NCBI GenBank assembly: GCA_033723415.1 | Contig: JAWVXD010000003.1 | Span: forward strand, 1 to 64,000 | Reading direction: 5' to 3' | DNA from: Sulfurospirillaceae bacterium | GTDB lineage: Bacteria; Campylobacterota; Campylobacteria; Campylobacterales; Sulfurospirillaceae | Length of the DNA: 64,000 nt | Shown here: one piece after another, positions 9,891-19,038 of the stretch | How the letters are laid out: every line of letters begins with the position of its first letter | Position numbering within the stretch: the stretch's first letter is position 1 | Program-made: the position numbers and the translations under genes | Notes under the pieces: model-generated | The model's input: only the letters and a program-made list of their open reading frames with translations | The model's database searches: none | What the model was told of the DNA's origin: nothing

Positions 9891-9934
9891 ATGTCGCATT
9901 TTTACAATACTTAAGTTAACAATTTTTATATAAT
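9891..9934 (+). promoter_or_regulatory. Candidate AraC-type operator ATGTCGCATTTTTACAATAC plus -10 TATAAT (9929-9934)
   Basis: GC-containing motif in an otherwise almost pure AT spacer, lying over the -35 region of the 9964 gene. Confidence 0.5.
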
Positions 9935-9963
9935 TCTAGCGTAATTCATTATAAGGAGAATTT

Positions 9964-11163
9964 ATGAAAAAGCTTACAGGAACACTTCTAAGTGTAGTAG
10001 TCGCTGCATCATTGGCTAATGCAGTTCAGTTCGAGGCTCCAAAAGATACCTCGACGTTTAAAAAAGTAGAGGTAAATATAGATTTTGGTTTAACATTTAA
10101 TTATCAAGGGTTAACACAAAACTATACACCGACAACAGGTACCGCTTTGGATTTACAATCAGGTTTTATTCTTCCAACGGCGGATTTAGATGTTCGTGCT
10201 AAAGTAATGAGCGGATTCAATGTTTATCTTAAAACAATGCTTTCTTCTCACCATCATAACGATACTTACGTTCAAGGGGGATATGCGACGATAGATAATT
10301 TAGATTTTATAACTCCTGGTTTTGGTTCAGCATTTATGGATAATGCTACTATTAAAATGGGGGTTTATATGCCTGACATCGGTGACGACCACTTTAGTAG
10401 GACTTCAAATGCACAAGTATTTGACAACCCTTTTATTACAAATCCTGCAGCAGAGTTGTACCTAGATGCACCATTTGCTGAAGTTCTATACCGTATGCCA
10501 GCAATTAACATGTTTGGATTAGTCGGTTATACAACAGGGCAAGTGAACCCAACAGATGTTACAAAAAGTGCCGGTTCAGCTGCACCTATGTTCTATGGAA
10601 AAGTCGGGTATGATAAACAGTTAAATGAATCATTAAGAACAAGAGTCACTGAATCTTTAGTATATGTAAATAATACTAATAAACATAATCTATTTCACGG
10701 TGACAAAGCTGGAACTGTAGCAGCCGATATCTTTGGTGTTACGAACGGTTTTGGTTCTGAGTGGAATCCATTGCCTGATTTTGCTGATCTTGTAGTGTCA
10801 ATGACAAATGTATTTGTCAAATACAACAAGACAGAGCTATCAGGGATGTATCAATATGCAAATGGAGCAACAAATACTGGAGTATCTCTCAAATTCAACC
10901 ACTACACACTTAGTGCAGTGCAAAGATTTGGTATGAATGATAGATTTTATGCAGCCATCAGATATGAAAATGGCAAAGTCAAAAGAAGTGATGATACGAC
11001 AAATGATAAATTAACTCAAACAGAGTTGGCATTAGGTTGGTTCTTGTCAAAAAATGCTATGGCAAAAGTTGAGTATATTGATCAAAAAAGAGAAAATTTT
11101 AGTAGCTTTATAGGCAATGCTAAATTTAGCGGTTACATGGTGCAAGCAGCTCTAAGATTCTAA
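9964..11163 (+). CDS. Uncharacterised outer-membrane beta-barrel (porin-like) protein with SSHHHND motif
   Basis: Sec signal peptide (..SLANA|), alternating amphipathic strands, C-terminal Phe (VQAALRF), strong AAGGAG RBS. Confidence 0.7.
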   Translation: MKKLTGTLLSVVVAASLANAVQFEAPKDTSTFKKVEVNIDFGLTFNYQGLTQNYTPTTGTALDLQSGFILPTADLDVRAKVMSGFNVYLKTMLSSHHHNDTYVQGGYATIDNLDFITPGFGSAFMDNATIKMGVYMPDIGDDHFSRTSNAQVFDNPFITNPAAELYLDAPFAEVLYRMPAINMFGLVGYTTGQVNPTDVTKSAGSAAPMFYGKVGYDKQLNESLRTRVTESLVYVNNTNKHNLFHGDKAGTVAADIFGVTNGFGSEWNPLPDFADLVVSMTNVFVKYNKTELSGMYQYANGATNTGVSLKFNHYTLSAVQRFGMNDRFYAAIRYENGKVKRSDDTTNDKLTQTELALGWFLSKNAMAKVEYIDQKRENFSSFIGNAKFSGYMVQAALRF

Positions 11164-11172
11164 GGAAAAGAC

Positions 11173-11658
11173 ATGAAAAAAATATTAGCGATATTAGCGA
11201 TATTTTCTAGTTTGATATATGCACAAAGTACGGTAGAAGTCGATGGGACTTCTACCCTTCATAACTGGAAAATGGTTTCACATGATATCAAAGTTGATAT
11301 GAATCAAACAGATGGCAAGTTTACAAAACTTGTTGTGACATTTGCCGCAAAAAGTTTAAAAAGCGGTGATGAGGGTTTGGATAATACTGCTTACAAAGCT
11401 ATGAAAGCAGATGTTCATAAGATCGTTTCATTCTCTTTGATAAAGCAAAACGATGACGGTACACTTTATGGTGCATTTATATCGAACAATCAAGAAAAGA
11501 AAGAAACAATCAAACCTGATGTTATCGAGAATGGTCATGTGTCAGGAAGTTTTAAGGTTAAGATGACAGATTTTGGCATTAAACCACCGACATTTTTATT
11601 CGGTGCGATGAGTGCAGGTGATGAACTAACTATCAAGTATGATATCAAAAAACCTTAA
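11173..11658 (+). CDS. YceI-family periplasmic lipid/isoprenoid-binding protein
   Basis: Signal peptide; GTSTLHNW, SLKSGDEGLD and KMTDFGIKPP motifs. Confidence 0.8.
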   Translation: MKKILAILAIFSSLIYAQSTVEVDGTSTLHNWKMVSHDIKVDMNQTDGKFTKLVVTFAAKSLKSGDEGLDNTAYKAMKADVHKIVSFSLIKQNDDGTLYGAFISNNQEKKETIKPDVIENGHVSGSFKVKMTDFGIKPPTFLFGAMSAGDELTIKYDIKKP

Positions 11659-11667
11659 AACACAATC

Positions 11668-11716
11668 AGCAATGACAGATCAACCATTTGTCATTGCTAA
11701 ATATATAGTTTAGCAA
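11668..11716. terminator. Hairpins between the convergent yceI and araC genes
   Basis: AGCAATGACA/TGTCATTGCT (11668-11698) and overlapping TTGCTAAA/TTTAGCAA (11694-11716). Confidence 0.7.
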
Positions 11717-11738
11717 TTGAGTAAATTTTGCCAAGCTT

Positions 11739-12260
11739 TTACTCTAATTTGATATAGTTTCCTATTTTAAAAGGAAAACACGATATGCAAGAGTCCGGTG
11801 ATTCAGGACTCTTGCCAATTTCATCTGGCAAAAGTTTTAAGAAGCACTCAGGGGTGATACCACAAAATCTTTTGAAATTTTTTATAAAATGTGCTTGATC
11901 AAAATACCCGGAAGCAACGGCAACTTCTACAAGGGATAAGTTGTAGTTTTTTAGTAAGTCTATAGATGCTTTAAATTGTATAAGTTCTGACAATTTTTTT
12001 GGAGATATCCCAATATAAGTTTTCAATATTCTTTCTACTTGTCTGGGAGTTATATGAAGTGTCATGGCGATATCTTTGATATGTGCAGTACCTTTGGAAT
12101 TGTAGATTGTTTCGATTATCTTTTCTAAAGTAGAATTATTCTTTTTAGTGTATAGAATATTTGCAATATAATTCTTTATAATCGAGATTTTTTTACTGTA
12201 ACACATATCACATTTAAGCTGTCTTTCCAGTGTGTTATTTAATATTTGCATATAATCCAT
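11739..12260 (-). CDS. AraC-family (HTH_18) regulator, short, with two CxxC motifs
   Basis: PRQVERI..YIGISPK and GYFDQAHFIKNFKRFCGITP signatures; CDMC and CISC. Confidence 0.85.
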   Translation of the reverse strand: MDYMQILNNTLERQLKCDMCYSKKISIIKNYIANILYTKKNNSTLEKIIETIYNSKGTAHIKDIAMTLHITPRQVERILKTYIGISPKKLSELIQFKASIDLLKNYNLSLVEVAVASGYFDQAHFIKNFKRFCGITPECFLKLLPDEIGKSPESPDSCISCFPFKIGNYIKLE

Positions 12261-12356
12261 TTTATAATTTCTTTCAGTTAAAAAACTTTATGTGAAAAAA
12301 ATTTGATTTTGCAAAGAAGCAGTGTCAAAATTTTCACTTAATTATGTTAAATTATT

Positions 12357-12503
12357 ATATTTAATTCGTCAATATTTAAACATGATAATAGAAAATCCTA
12401 AATAATTACTTATAAAAACATGCTAATTTATGGCATTTAAGTGTTATGTTAAGACTAGCTTATAACTAAGTTAATTTTGATATATAATTCGTCAATATGT
12501 AAA
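12357..12503. repeat. 24-bp imperfect direct repeat ATAT(T/A)TAATTCGTCAATAT(T/G)TAAA
   Basis: Copies at 12357-12380 and 12480-12503, 22 of 24 identical. Confidence 0.75.
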
Positions 12504-12594
12504 ACTCGTTGATTACTCTACAATTTATAAAATGTTTATTTTAATAGTATTTTTGATAAAATGAGACGATTTAATACAAAACTAGGGAAAACTT

Positions 12595-15135
12595 ATGGAT
12601 GTGAGAGCTGAATTTTTAAAATTTTTTGAACAAAAAGGACACGCGCTAATACCTAGTGCGCCTTTAGTTCCGGATGATGCGACACTGCTTTTTGTAAATG
12701 CCGGCATGGTCCCGTTTAAAACTATATTTACAGGTGAAGTCCCAAGACCCAATCCTCCTCTTGCGACATCTTGTCAGACTTGTATAAGAGCCGGTGGAAA
12801 GCACAATGACTTGGACAATGTCGGGTATACGGCACGTCATCATACTTTTTTTGAAATGCTAGGTAATTTTTCATTTGGCGAATATTTTAAAGATAAAGCC
12901 ATAGAATATGCTTGGGAATTTATAACAGATGTTTTAAAACTTCCAAAAGAAAAACTTTGGGTAACTGTTCATGATAGTGATGATGAAGCTGAGATTTTGT
13001 GGCAAAAATATGTTCCGCTGGATCGAATAAAAAGATTTGGAGATAAAGATAACTTTTGGCAGATGGGCGATACCGGACCATGTGGACCTTGTAGTGAGAT
13101 ATTTTATGATCAGGGAAGTGAACATTTTAATACAGACGAGGATTATCTAGGCGGAGACGGCGATAGATTTCTAGAGATATGGAATCTGGTTTTTATGCAG
13201 TATGAAAGAGATATAAGCGGAAAGCTGACACCTCTGCCAAAACCTTCTATAGATACAGGTATGGGGTTAGAGAGAGTTGTTGCAGTTCGTGAGGGTGTTT
13301 ACAGTAACTATGATTCCAGTCTATTTATGCCGTTGATTGAAGAAGTAGCAAAGATCTGCGGAAAAGAGTATAAATATGACAATGGAGCAAGTTATAGAGT
13401 TATAGCAGACCATATCCGTTCAGTTGCATTTTTGTTGGCACAAGGCGTTAACTTTGATAAAGAAGGACGAGGATATGTACTTAGAAGAATTTTAAGACGT
13501 GCCGTGAGACATGGATATTTACTTGGTATAAAAAAGCCCTTTATGTATAAACTTTTAGATATTCTTTGTACACTTATGGGCGACCAGTATCCTTATCTGA
13601 TAGAGAAAAAAGATATCATAGCAGAACAGATCATGTTAGAAGAAGAGAGATTTTTGTCTACTATAGCACTAGGGCTTGATTTATTTGAAAAAGAGCTTGA
13701 AAATACAAAAGAGATTTTTAGCGGAGAAGTCGCATTTAAATTATACGATACATATGGTTTTCCTCTTGATCTTACAGCAGATATGCTCAGAGACAAGGGT
13801 TTGAATGTTGATATTGAGACTTTTGATAAGCTGATGAATGAGCAGAGAACAAGAGCCAAAGCTTCATGGAAAGGTAGCGGTGATGCTTCTACACATGGTG
13901 ACTTTAAGCCTCTATTGGAAAAGTTTGGGGTTAATGAATTTGTAGGCTATGAAACAACCAGCTCAAAATCTGTCGTCTTAGCTCTTTTAGATGATGACTT
14001 TAAAGAAGTCGAGACATTGGCACAAAGTGGCTGGGTCATGTTAGATAAGACACCGTTTTATGCTCAAAGCGGCGGACAATGTGGAGACAGCGGAGAAATC
14101 AAAGGTTATGGAAAAGTTGTTGATACAAAGAAATTTTTTGATTTAAATCTATCAAATATAAAACTTGAAAAAGCTTTAAAAGTTGGAGATAGCATAGAAG
14201 TTGTCGTTGACGTAGATAGAAAAGAGATAGAAAAACATCACTCTGCAACACATCTTTTGCATAGTGTACTAAAGAGAGTATTGGGAGATCATGTCGCTCA
14301 AGCTGGATCATCTGTTGAAAAAGATAGATTAAGATTTGACTTTTCTCATCCAAAAGCCATGAGCCACGAAGAAGTCTCAAAAGTAGAAGCACTTGTAAAT
14401 GAGATAATTTTTAGCGGTGTTGATGCCAAAACAGTTACTATGAATATAGACGATGCTAAAAAAAGCGGTGCGATGGCATTGTTTGGAGAAAAGTATGCAG
14501 ATGAGGTTAGAGTAGTTTCTTTCGGTGATGCCAGTGTTGAGCTATGCGGTGGAACTCATGTCAAAAATGCTTCAAATATAGGTAGTTTCTTTATAACAAA
14601 AGAGAGCGGCGTGAGTGCCGGAGTCCGTAGAATCGAAGCAGTATGCGGGAAAAGTGCATATATATTTGCATCAAATTTGAGAGAAATTTTACAAAAAGCG
14701 GAAGAAGAATTAAAAAATAAAGATATTTTTGCCGGAATCGCCAGACAAAAAAAAGAGATAATTAGACTAAAGAATGAAGTAGAATCATTAAGCTCAAATG
14801 TCGGTAAAAGTATCGACTCTCATAATATAAACGGAGTAGAAGTCATAGTTGATGAATTGCAGGCAGGAGACATAAAAGCCAGAATAGATGATTTGAAAAA
14901 TCAAAAAAGTTCTGTTGCCATAATCTTGTTTCAAATAAAAGATGACAAGGTATTGATGGCAAGCGGTGTAAAAAACGCAGCTATAAAAGCCGGTGCATGG
15001 ATCAAAGAAATTGCTCCGATCATCGGTGGCGGCGGCGGCGGCAGAGATGATTTTGCACAAGCAGGAGGAAAGAAGCCTGATATGGTTGAATCTGCAAAGA
15101 AAGCAGCATTAGAGTATGCTAAAAATGTCTTATAA
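12595..15135 (+). CDS. alaS: Alanine--tRNA ligase
   Basis: [28 protein letters not shown] and CGGTH editing motifs, GGGGGGR in the DHHA1 domain. Confidence 0.98.
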   Translation: MDVRAEFLKFFEQKGHALIPSAPLVPDDATLLFVNAGMVPFKTIFTGEVPRPNPPLATSCQTCIRAGGKHNDLDNVGYTARHHTFFEMLGNFSFGEYFKDKAIEYAWEFITDVLKLPKEKLWVTVHDSDDEAEILWQKYVPLDRIKRFGDKDNFWQMGDTGPCGPCSEIFYDQGSEHFNTDEDYLGGDGDRFLEIWNLVFMQYERDISGKLTPLPKPSIDTGMGLERVVAVREGVYSNYDSSLFMPLIEEVAKICGKEYKYDNGASYRVIADHIRSVAFLLAQGVNFDKEGRGYVLRRILRRAVRHGYLLGIKKPFMYKLLDILCTLMGDQYPYLIEKKDIIAEQIMLEEERFLSTIALGLDLFEKELENTKEIFSGEVAFKLYDTYGFPLDLTADMLRDKGLNVDIETFDKLMNEQRTRAKASWKGSGDASTHGDFKPLLEKFGVNEFVGYETTSSKSVVLALLDDDFKEVETLAQSGWVMLDKTPFYAQSGGQCGDSGEIKGYGKVVDTKKFFDLNLSNIKLEKALKVGDSIEVVVDVDRKEIEKHHSATHLLHSVLKRVLGDHVAQAGSSVEKDRLRFDFSHPKAMSHEEVSKVEALVNEIIFSGVDAKTVTMNIDDAKKSGAMALFGEKYADEVRVVSFGDASVELCGGTHVKNASNIGSFFITKESGVSAGVRRIEAVCGKSAYIFASNLREILQKAEEELKNKDIFAGIARQKKEIIRLKNEVESLSSNVGKSIDSHNINGVEVIVDELQAGDIKARIDDLKNQKSSVAIILFQIKDDKVLMASGVKNAAIKAGAWIKEIAPIIGGGGGGRDDFAQAGGKKPDMVESAKKAALEYAKNVL

Positions 15136-15143
15136 GAAGAATT

Positions 15144-15641
15144 ATGATTGATACATTGATAGATATATTTGAAAATTACAAAAATCTTATAATATTTTTG
15201 CATATACTTAGTGCTTCTGTCTTGATAGGGAGCATGTTCGTCATGATCTTTATCATCAGACCGGCAGGAAAGTCTGTAAAAGATGTAGAAATGAAATGTG
15301 CGCATTGCTTGAGAATACTGAAAAGATATATAATATTTTTAGTGCCTATCATGCTGATTATACTTTCTGCATCAATTTTTATGAATATCGGTATGGGTTT
15401 CGAATTTGGAGACCCGGCAGCTCTTATAATCGTACATATAAAAGAGACGATTTGGATGTTTATTGCATTTAATTTTATATATGCATTTAAAAAATACTTA
15501 AATGCAAAAAAGGCATTTAAGGAAGAAGATTTTTTGGCTGTTCAAGAGAATATAATCTTGATAACAAAATATCTAATTCCCTTAAATTTATTGGTTTCCC
15601 TAATAGCTGCGTATTTGGGTATAGTTATAAGTAGTTATTAA
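15144..15641 (+). CDS. Four-helix membrane protein (CopD/DUF-like), function unknown
   Basis: Four hydrophobic segments, FLHILSA..IG motif. Confidence 0.6.
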   Translation: MIDTLIDIFENYKNLIIFLHILSASVLIGSMFVMIFIIRPAGKSVKDVEMKCAHCLRILKRYIIFLVPIMLIILSASIFMNIGMGFEFGDPAALIIVHIKETIWMFIAFNFIYAFKKYLNAKKAFKEEDFLAVQENIILITKYLIPLNLLVSLIAAYLGIVISSY

Positions 15642-16202
15642 ATGATAAAATTAGTATTAGCTTCCAAATCTCCAACCAGAGCAAAATTATTAAAAGAATT
15701 TTCAATTGATTTTATCCAAAGAGGTGCAGATTTTGATGAAGATTCTATAGAAACTAAAATCCCTAAAGATTTTGTTTATTTTGCAACAAAGGGTAAATTA
15801 GCTGCTTATTTGTCTCAAAATGATTTAAAGTATCCTGTTTTATGCGCAGATACAGTCGTATGCTCAAATGGAGAAATTTTGAGGAAAGCAAAAGATAAAG
15901 ATCACGCTAGAGAGATATTACTCAAACAAAGCGGAAATGAAGTTTCTATAATAACTTGTCTGATCTACAAATCTGTTAATTTAGAATTTATAGATATATC
16001 ACAGACAAGGTATCTTTTCTCGTCGTTTGATAAAGATATGCTGGATGCGTATTTGGAAAGTGATGAATGGAAAGATAAGGCCGGGGCTTGTATGGTTGAG
16101 GGATTTTGCAAGAAATACATAAAAGACGTAAAAGGTCTTCAAAGTACTGCCATGGGACTAAGTGTTGAGCGTTTGATTCCAATTTTAAAGTTGGAGCCTT
16201 GA
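15642..16202 (+). CDS. maf: Maf-family nucleotide pyrophosphatase
   Basis: LASKSPTR, ADTVV, KAGA and AMGL motifs. Confidence 0.92.
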   Translation: MIKLVLASKSPTRAKLLKEFSIDFIQRGADFDEDSIETKIPKDFVYFATKGKLAAYLSQNDLKYPVLCADTVVCSNGEILRKAKDKDHAREILLKQSGNEVSIITCLIYKSVNLEFIDISQTRYLFSSFDKDMLDAYLESDEWKDKAGACMVEGFCKKYIKDVKGLQSTAMGLSVERLIPILKLEP

Positions 16203-16394
16203 TTGTTTTATTCTAGTGAGTTAAATGCTATAAAAAAATCAAATCGTTACAGAAAAAGAGAATTTCAAGCAGATACAAAACACAACTTCACCGCGCTTAA
16301 ATCATCGCGTATCATGAAGGGATATCCCAAAATTCACAAAAAAGAGTTTGAGCATTTGTGCAAATGCATGAGAGAGTGTGTCGATGAGCTTTAA
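16203..16394 (+). pseudogene. Probable internally deleted remnant of 8-amino-7-oxononanoate synthase
   Basis: N-terminus FYSSELNAIKKSNRYRKR resembles the start of Campylobacterota BioF, but the ORF is only 63 aa and lacks SNDYL and the PLP Lys. Confidence 0.45.
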
Positions 16395-17079
16395 ATGTGA
16401 ACAAATCGTAATACAAAACGGTGATCAAAATCTTTTGGATATATCATTTGAATTTAAAAGTTCATATGCTTTGATCGGACAAAGCGGAAGCGGAAAAAGT
16501 TTGACATTGAAGGCAATCTTAGGAATGTTACCCTCATCTTTGGATGTTAAGCTAAACATAAATTCAGAATATGACCTGATACGAGGCAAAACAGTGGCCA
16601 TGATACCTCAAAATCCTTTTACGGCACTGTCCCCTCTTACTAAAATTAAAAAACAATTTTTTATAGATCAGACTCAAATGATCAAGTATATAAAGTTAGT
16701 GGGGTTAGAAGAAAAAATAGTGGAAAGATTTCCTTCTGAACTTAGCGGAGGGCAGTTGCAGAGAGTTATTATAGCTATGGCCTTGTCTATAAAACCTAAA
16801 CTTTTGCTTCTTGATGAACCTACAACAGCATTAGATCTGAAAAGTAAAAAATCTATTATAAACCTGATAAAAAGATTGCACAAAAAAGATAATTTTGATA
16901 TGCTATTTGTGACTCATGACATATCTTCGGTATCAGGATTATGTGAAGAGATAGGCATCATAAAAAATGGAAGGATAGTTGAAAGCGCAAATATGGAAGA
17001 AGTCTTAAATACCCCTAAAAACCAATATACGCAAGAGTTGATAAATTCAAGTTTTGAAATAAGAGGATTTAGAGAATGA
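16378..17079 (+). CDS. ABC transporter ATP-binding protein (DppD/OppD-like), orphan; start possibly 16384
   Basis: GQSGSGKS, LSGGQLQR, LLLDEPT and THD motifs. Confidence 0.9.
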   Translation: MSMSFKCEQIVIQNGDQNLLDISFEFKSSYALIGQSGSGKSLTLKAILGMLPSSLDVKLNINSEYDLIRGKTVAMIPQNPFTALSPLTKIKKQFFIDQTQMIKYIKLVGLEEKIVERFPSELSGGQLQRVIIAMALSIKPKLLLLDEPTTALDLKSKKSIINLIKRLHKKDNFDMLFVTHDISSVSGLCEEIGIIKNGRIVESANMEEVLNTPKNQYTQELINSSFEIRGFRE

Positions 17080-18998
17080 AATATTTTTTATCGATCATTT
17101 TTGCCGGGATCATAGCCCTTGGCATAGGTTTTTTATATATGTATTCTCAAATCAGATTTGATGCCTACAAGATCATAGATTATAAACCAAAATTAACCAC
17201 TCAAATATTTGACAGGAATGGAGAATTGGTGGCAAACATATTTGATGGCGAAAACAGATTGTATGCCAAGTATGATGAGATTCCACCTCGAATGATCGAA
17301 GCTTTATTAGCCATAGAAGACACATCTTTTTTTGAGCATGGCGGCATCAATTTTGAAGCAATCTTTAGAGCTTTAATCAAAGATATCAAGGCTATGAGGT
17401 TGGTTGAAGGTGCTAGTACCATAACTCAACAACTTATAAAAAATACGGTGCTTACAAGAAGAAAGACCTTGACAAGAAAAATAAATGAAGCAATGCTGGC
17501 TTTTAAATTAGAAAGCGTTTTAACTAAAGAGCAGATTTTGGAGAGATATCTTAATCAAGTATATTTCGGACATGGATATTATGGAGTTAAAACAGCAGCA
17601 CTTGGTTATTTCAATAAAAATCTTGATCAACTAAGTTTAAAAGAAATAGCTATGCTTGTAGGTCTTCCAAGAGCTCCAAGTTCGTACGATCCCACAAGAC
17701 ATATAGATATCTCTTTGAGCCGTGCAAACAGAGTAATTTACAGGATGTATTCTCTTGGTTGGATAAGTAAGCAACAGTATGAAAAAGCTACTAGAGAATA
17801 TCCGATCGTGTTTGATGAAACATTGACGAAGAATAAGGCCCCTTATGTTGTTGATGAAGTAATAAAAAAATTATCTAAAAAATATAGTGATTTAAAAACA
17901 GGTGGTTATAAGATATATTTGGGCTTGGATCTAAGATTGCAAAGATTAGCCAGAGAGTCTTTAAAAGTAGGATACGATGGCATACTTTCTAGACACAAAG
18001 ATGCAAATGCGACAAATCTAAACGGTGCCATGATGGTTTTGAACAATAAAACAGGTGATATCTTGGCTATGGTGGGGGGAATTGATTATGAAAAGAGTCA
18101 TTTTAACAGGGCAACACAGAGCAAAAGACAACCTGGGAGTAGTTTCAAACCTTTTATTTATATGCAGGCACTCAATATAGGCTATAACGGACAAACGAAA
18201 ATACCTGATATTTCTAGAGTTTATGTTGACAAAAAAAATGATAAAGAGTGGAAGCCAAAAAATTATGAGGAAAATTTTGAAGGTATGATTACTTTGGAGA
18301 ATGCATTGGTGCATTCAAGAAACTTAGCAACTATAAATCTGCTTAATGCTCTTGGCATGGATAATGTATATAAAAAATTAACTGATGAAGGATTTAAAAA
18401 TTTACCGTATGACTTATCTATGGCATTGGGAAGTTTTGGTATCTCTCCTTATGATTTTAGTGGATTTTACACCACTTTCTCAAATTATGGAGAGCGAGTA
18501 AAACCACGCCTTATTACGAAGATCGTCAATAAATTTGGAGAAGAGCAAGATTTTGATGTGAAAAAAACCAAGATTACAAGTCCGGCACAAGCATATCTTA
18601 TGATAGACATATTAAAAAATGTAGTCACAAGAGGAACAGGGCGAATTGCAAGAGTAAAAGGAATAGAGTCAGCCGGTAAAACAGGAACTACAAATAACAA
18701 TGTGGATGCTTGGTTTTGTGGGTTTACTCCTGATATAGAAGTTGTCACATGGTATGGAAATGATGACAACACTCCTATGGGTAAGTGGGAGACAGGAGGA
18801 AGAAGTGCAGGACCGTCATATCATCATTTCGTTCAGAATTATATAAAGCTTTATCCTCAGACCAAAAGAAAATTTGATGTTCCAGAAGGTGTGAAATATA
18901 AGATTTCCAACAACAGAAAACTTTATTTTACGGATGAATCACCTTTGCCAAGTGGTCAAAATATAGATAACCAAAACCAAGGCGGTTTGATCTTCTAG
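17076..18998 (+). CDS. pbpA: Penicillin-binding protein 1A (transglycosylase/transpeptidase)
   Basis: EDTSFFEHGG, GASTITQQ, SSFK, SRN and KTGT motifs. Confidence 0.95.
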   Translation: MKYFLSIIFAGIIALGIGFLYMYSQIRFDAYKIIDYKPKLTTQIFDRNGELVANIFDGENRLYAKYDEIPPRMIEALLAIEDTSFFEHGGINFEAIFRALIKDIKAMRLVEGASTITQQLIKNTVLTRRKTLTRKINEAMLAFKLESVLTKEQILERYLNQVYFGHGYYGVKTAALGYFNKNLDQLSLKEIAMLVGLPRAPSSYDPTRHIDISLSRANRVIYRMYSLGWISKQQYEKATREYPIVFDETLTKNKAPYVVDEVIKKLSKKYSDLKTGGYKIYLGLDLRLQRLARESLKVGYDGILSRHKDANATNLNGAMMVLNNKTGDILAMVGGIDYEKSHFNRATQSKRQPGSSFKPFIYMQALNIGYNGQTKIPDISRVYVDKKNDKEWKPKNYEENFEGMITLENALVHSRNLATINLLNALGMDNVYKKLTDEGFKNLPYDLSMALGSFGISPYDFSGFYTTFSNYGERVKPRLITKIVNKFGEEQDFDVKKTKITSPAQAYLMIDILKNVVTRGTGRIARVKGIESAGKTGTTNNNVDAWFCGFTPDIEVVTWYGNDDNTPMGKWETGGRSAGPSYHHFVQNYIKLYPQTKRKFDVPEGVKYKISNNRKLYFTDESPLPSGQNIDNQNQGGLIF

Positions 18999-19038
18999 CA
19001 AAACTTGCAAGTAATGTGAGATTTATAAGGAAAAATAT

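Noticed and set aside
12261..12594. Possible T-box or riboswitch upstream of alaS
   Set aside because: No T-box consensus or GC-rich stems; the spacer is almost pure AT
15024..15042. (GGC)n repeat as a possible contingency locus
   Set aside because: Encodes the conserved poly-Gly motif of AlaRS
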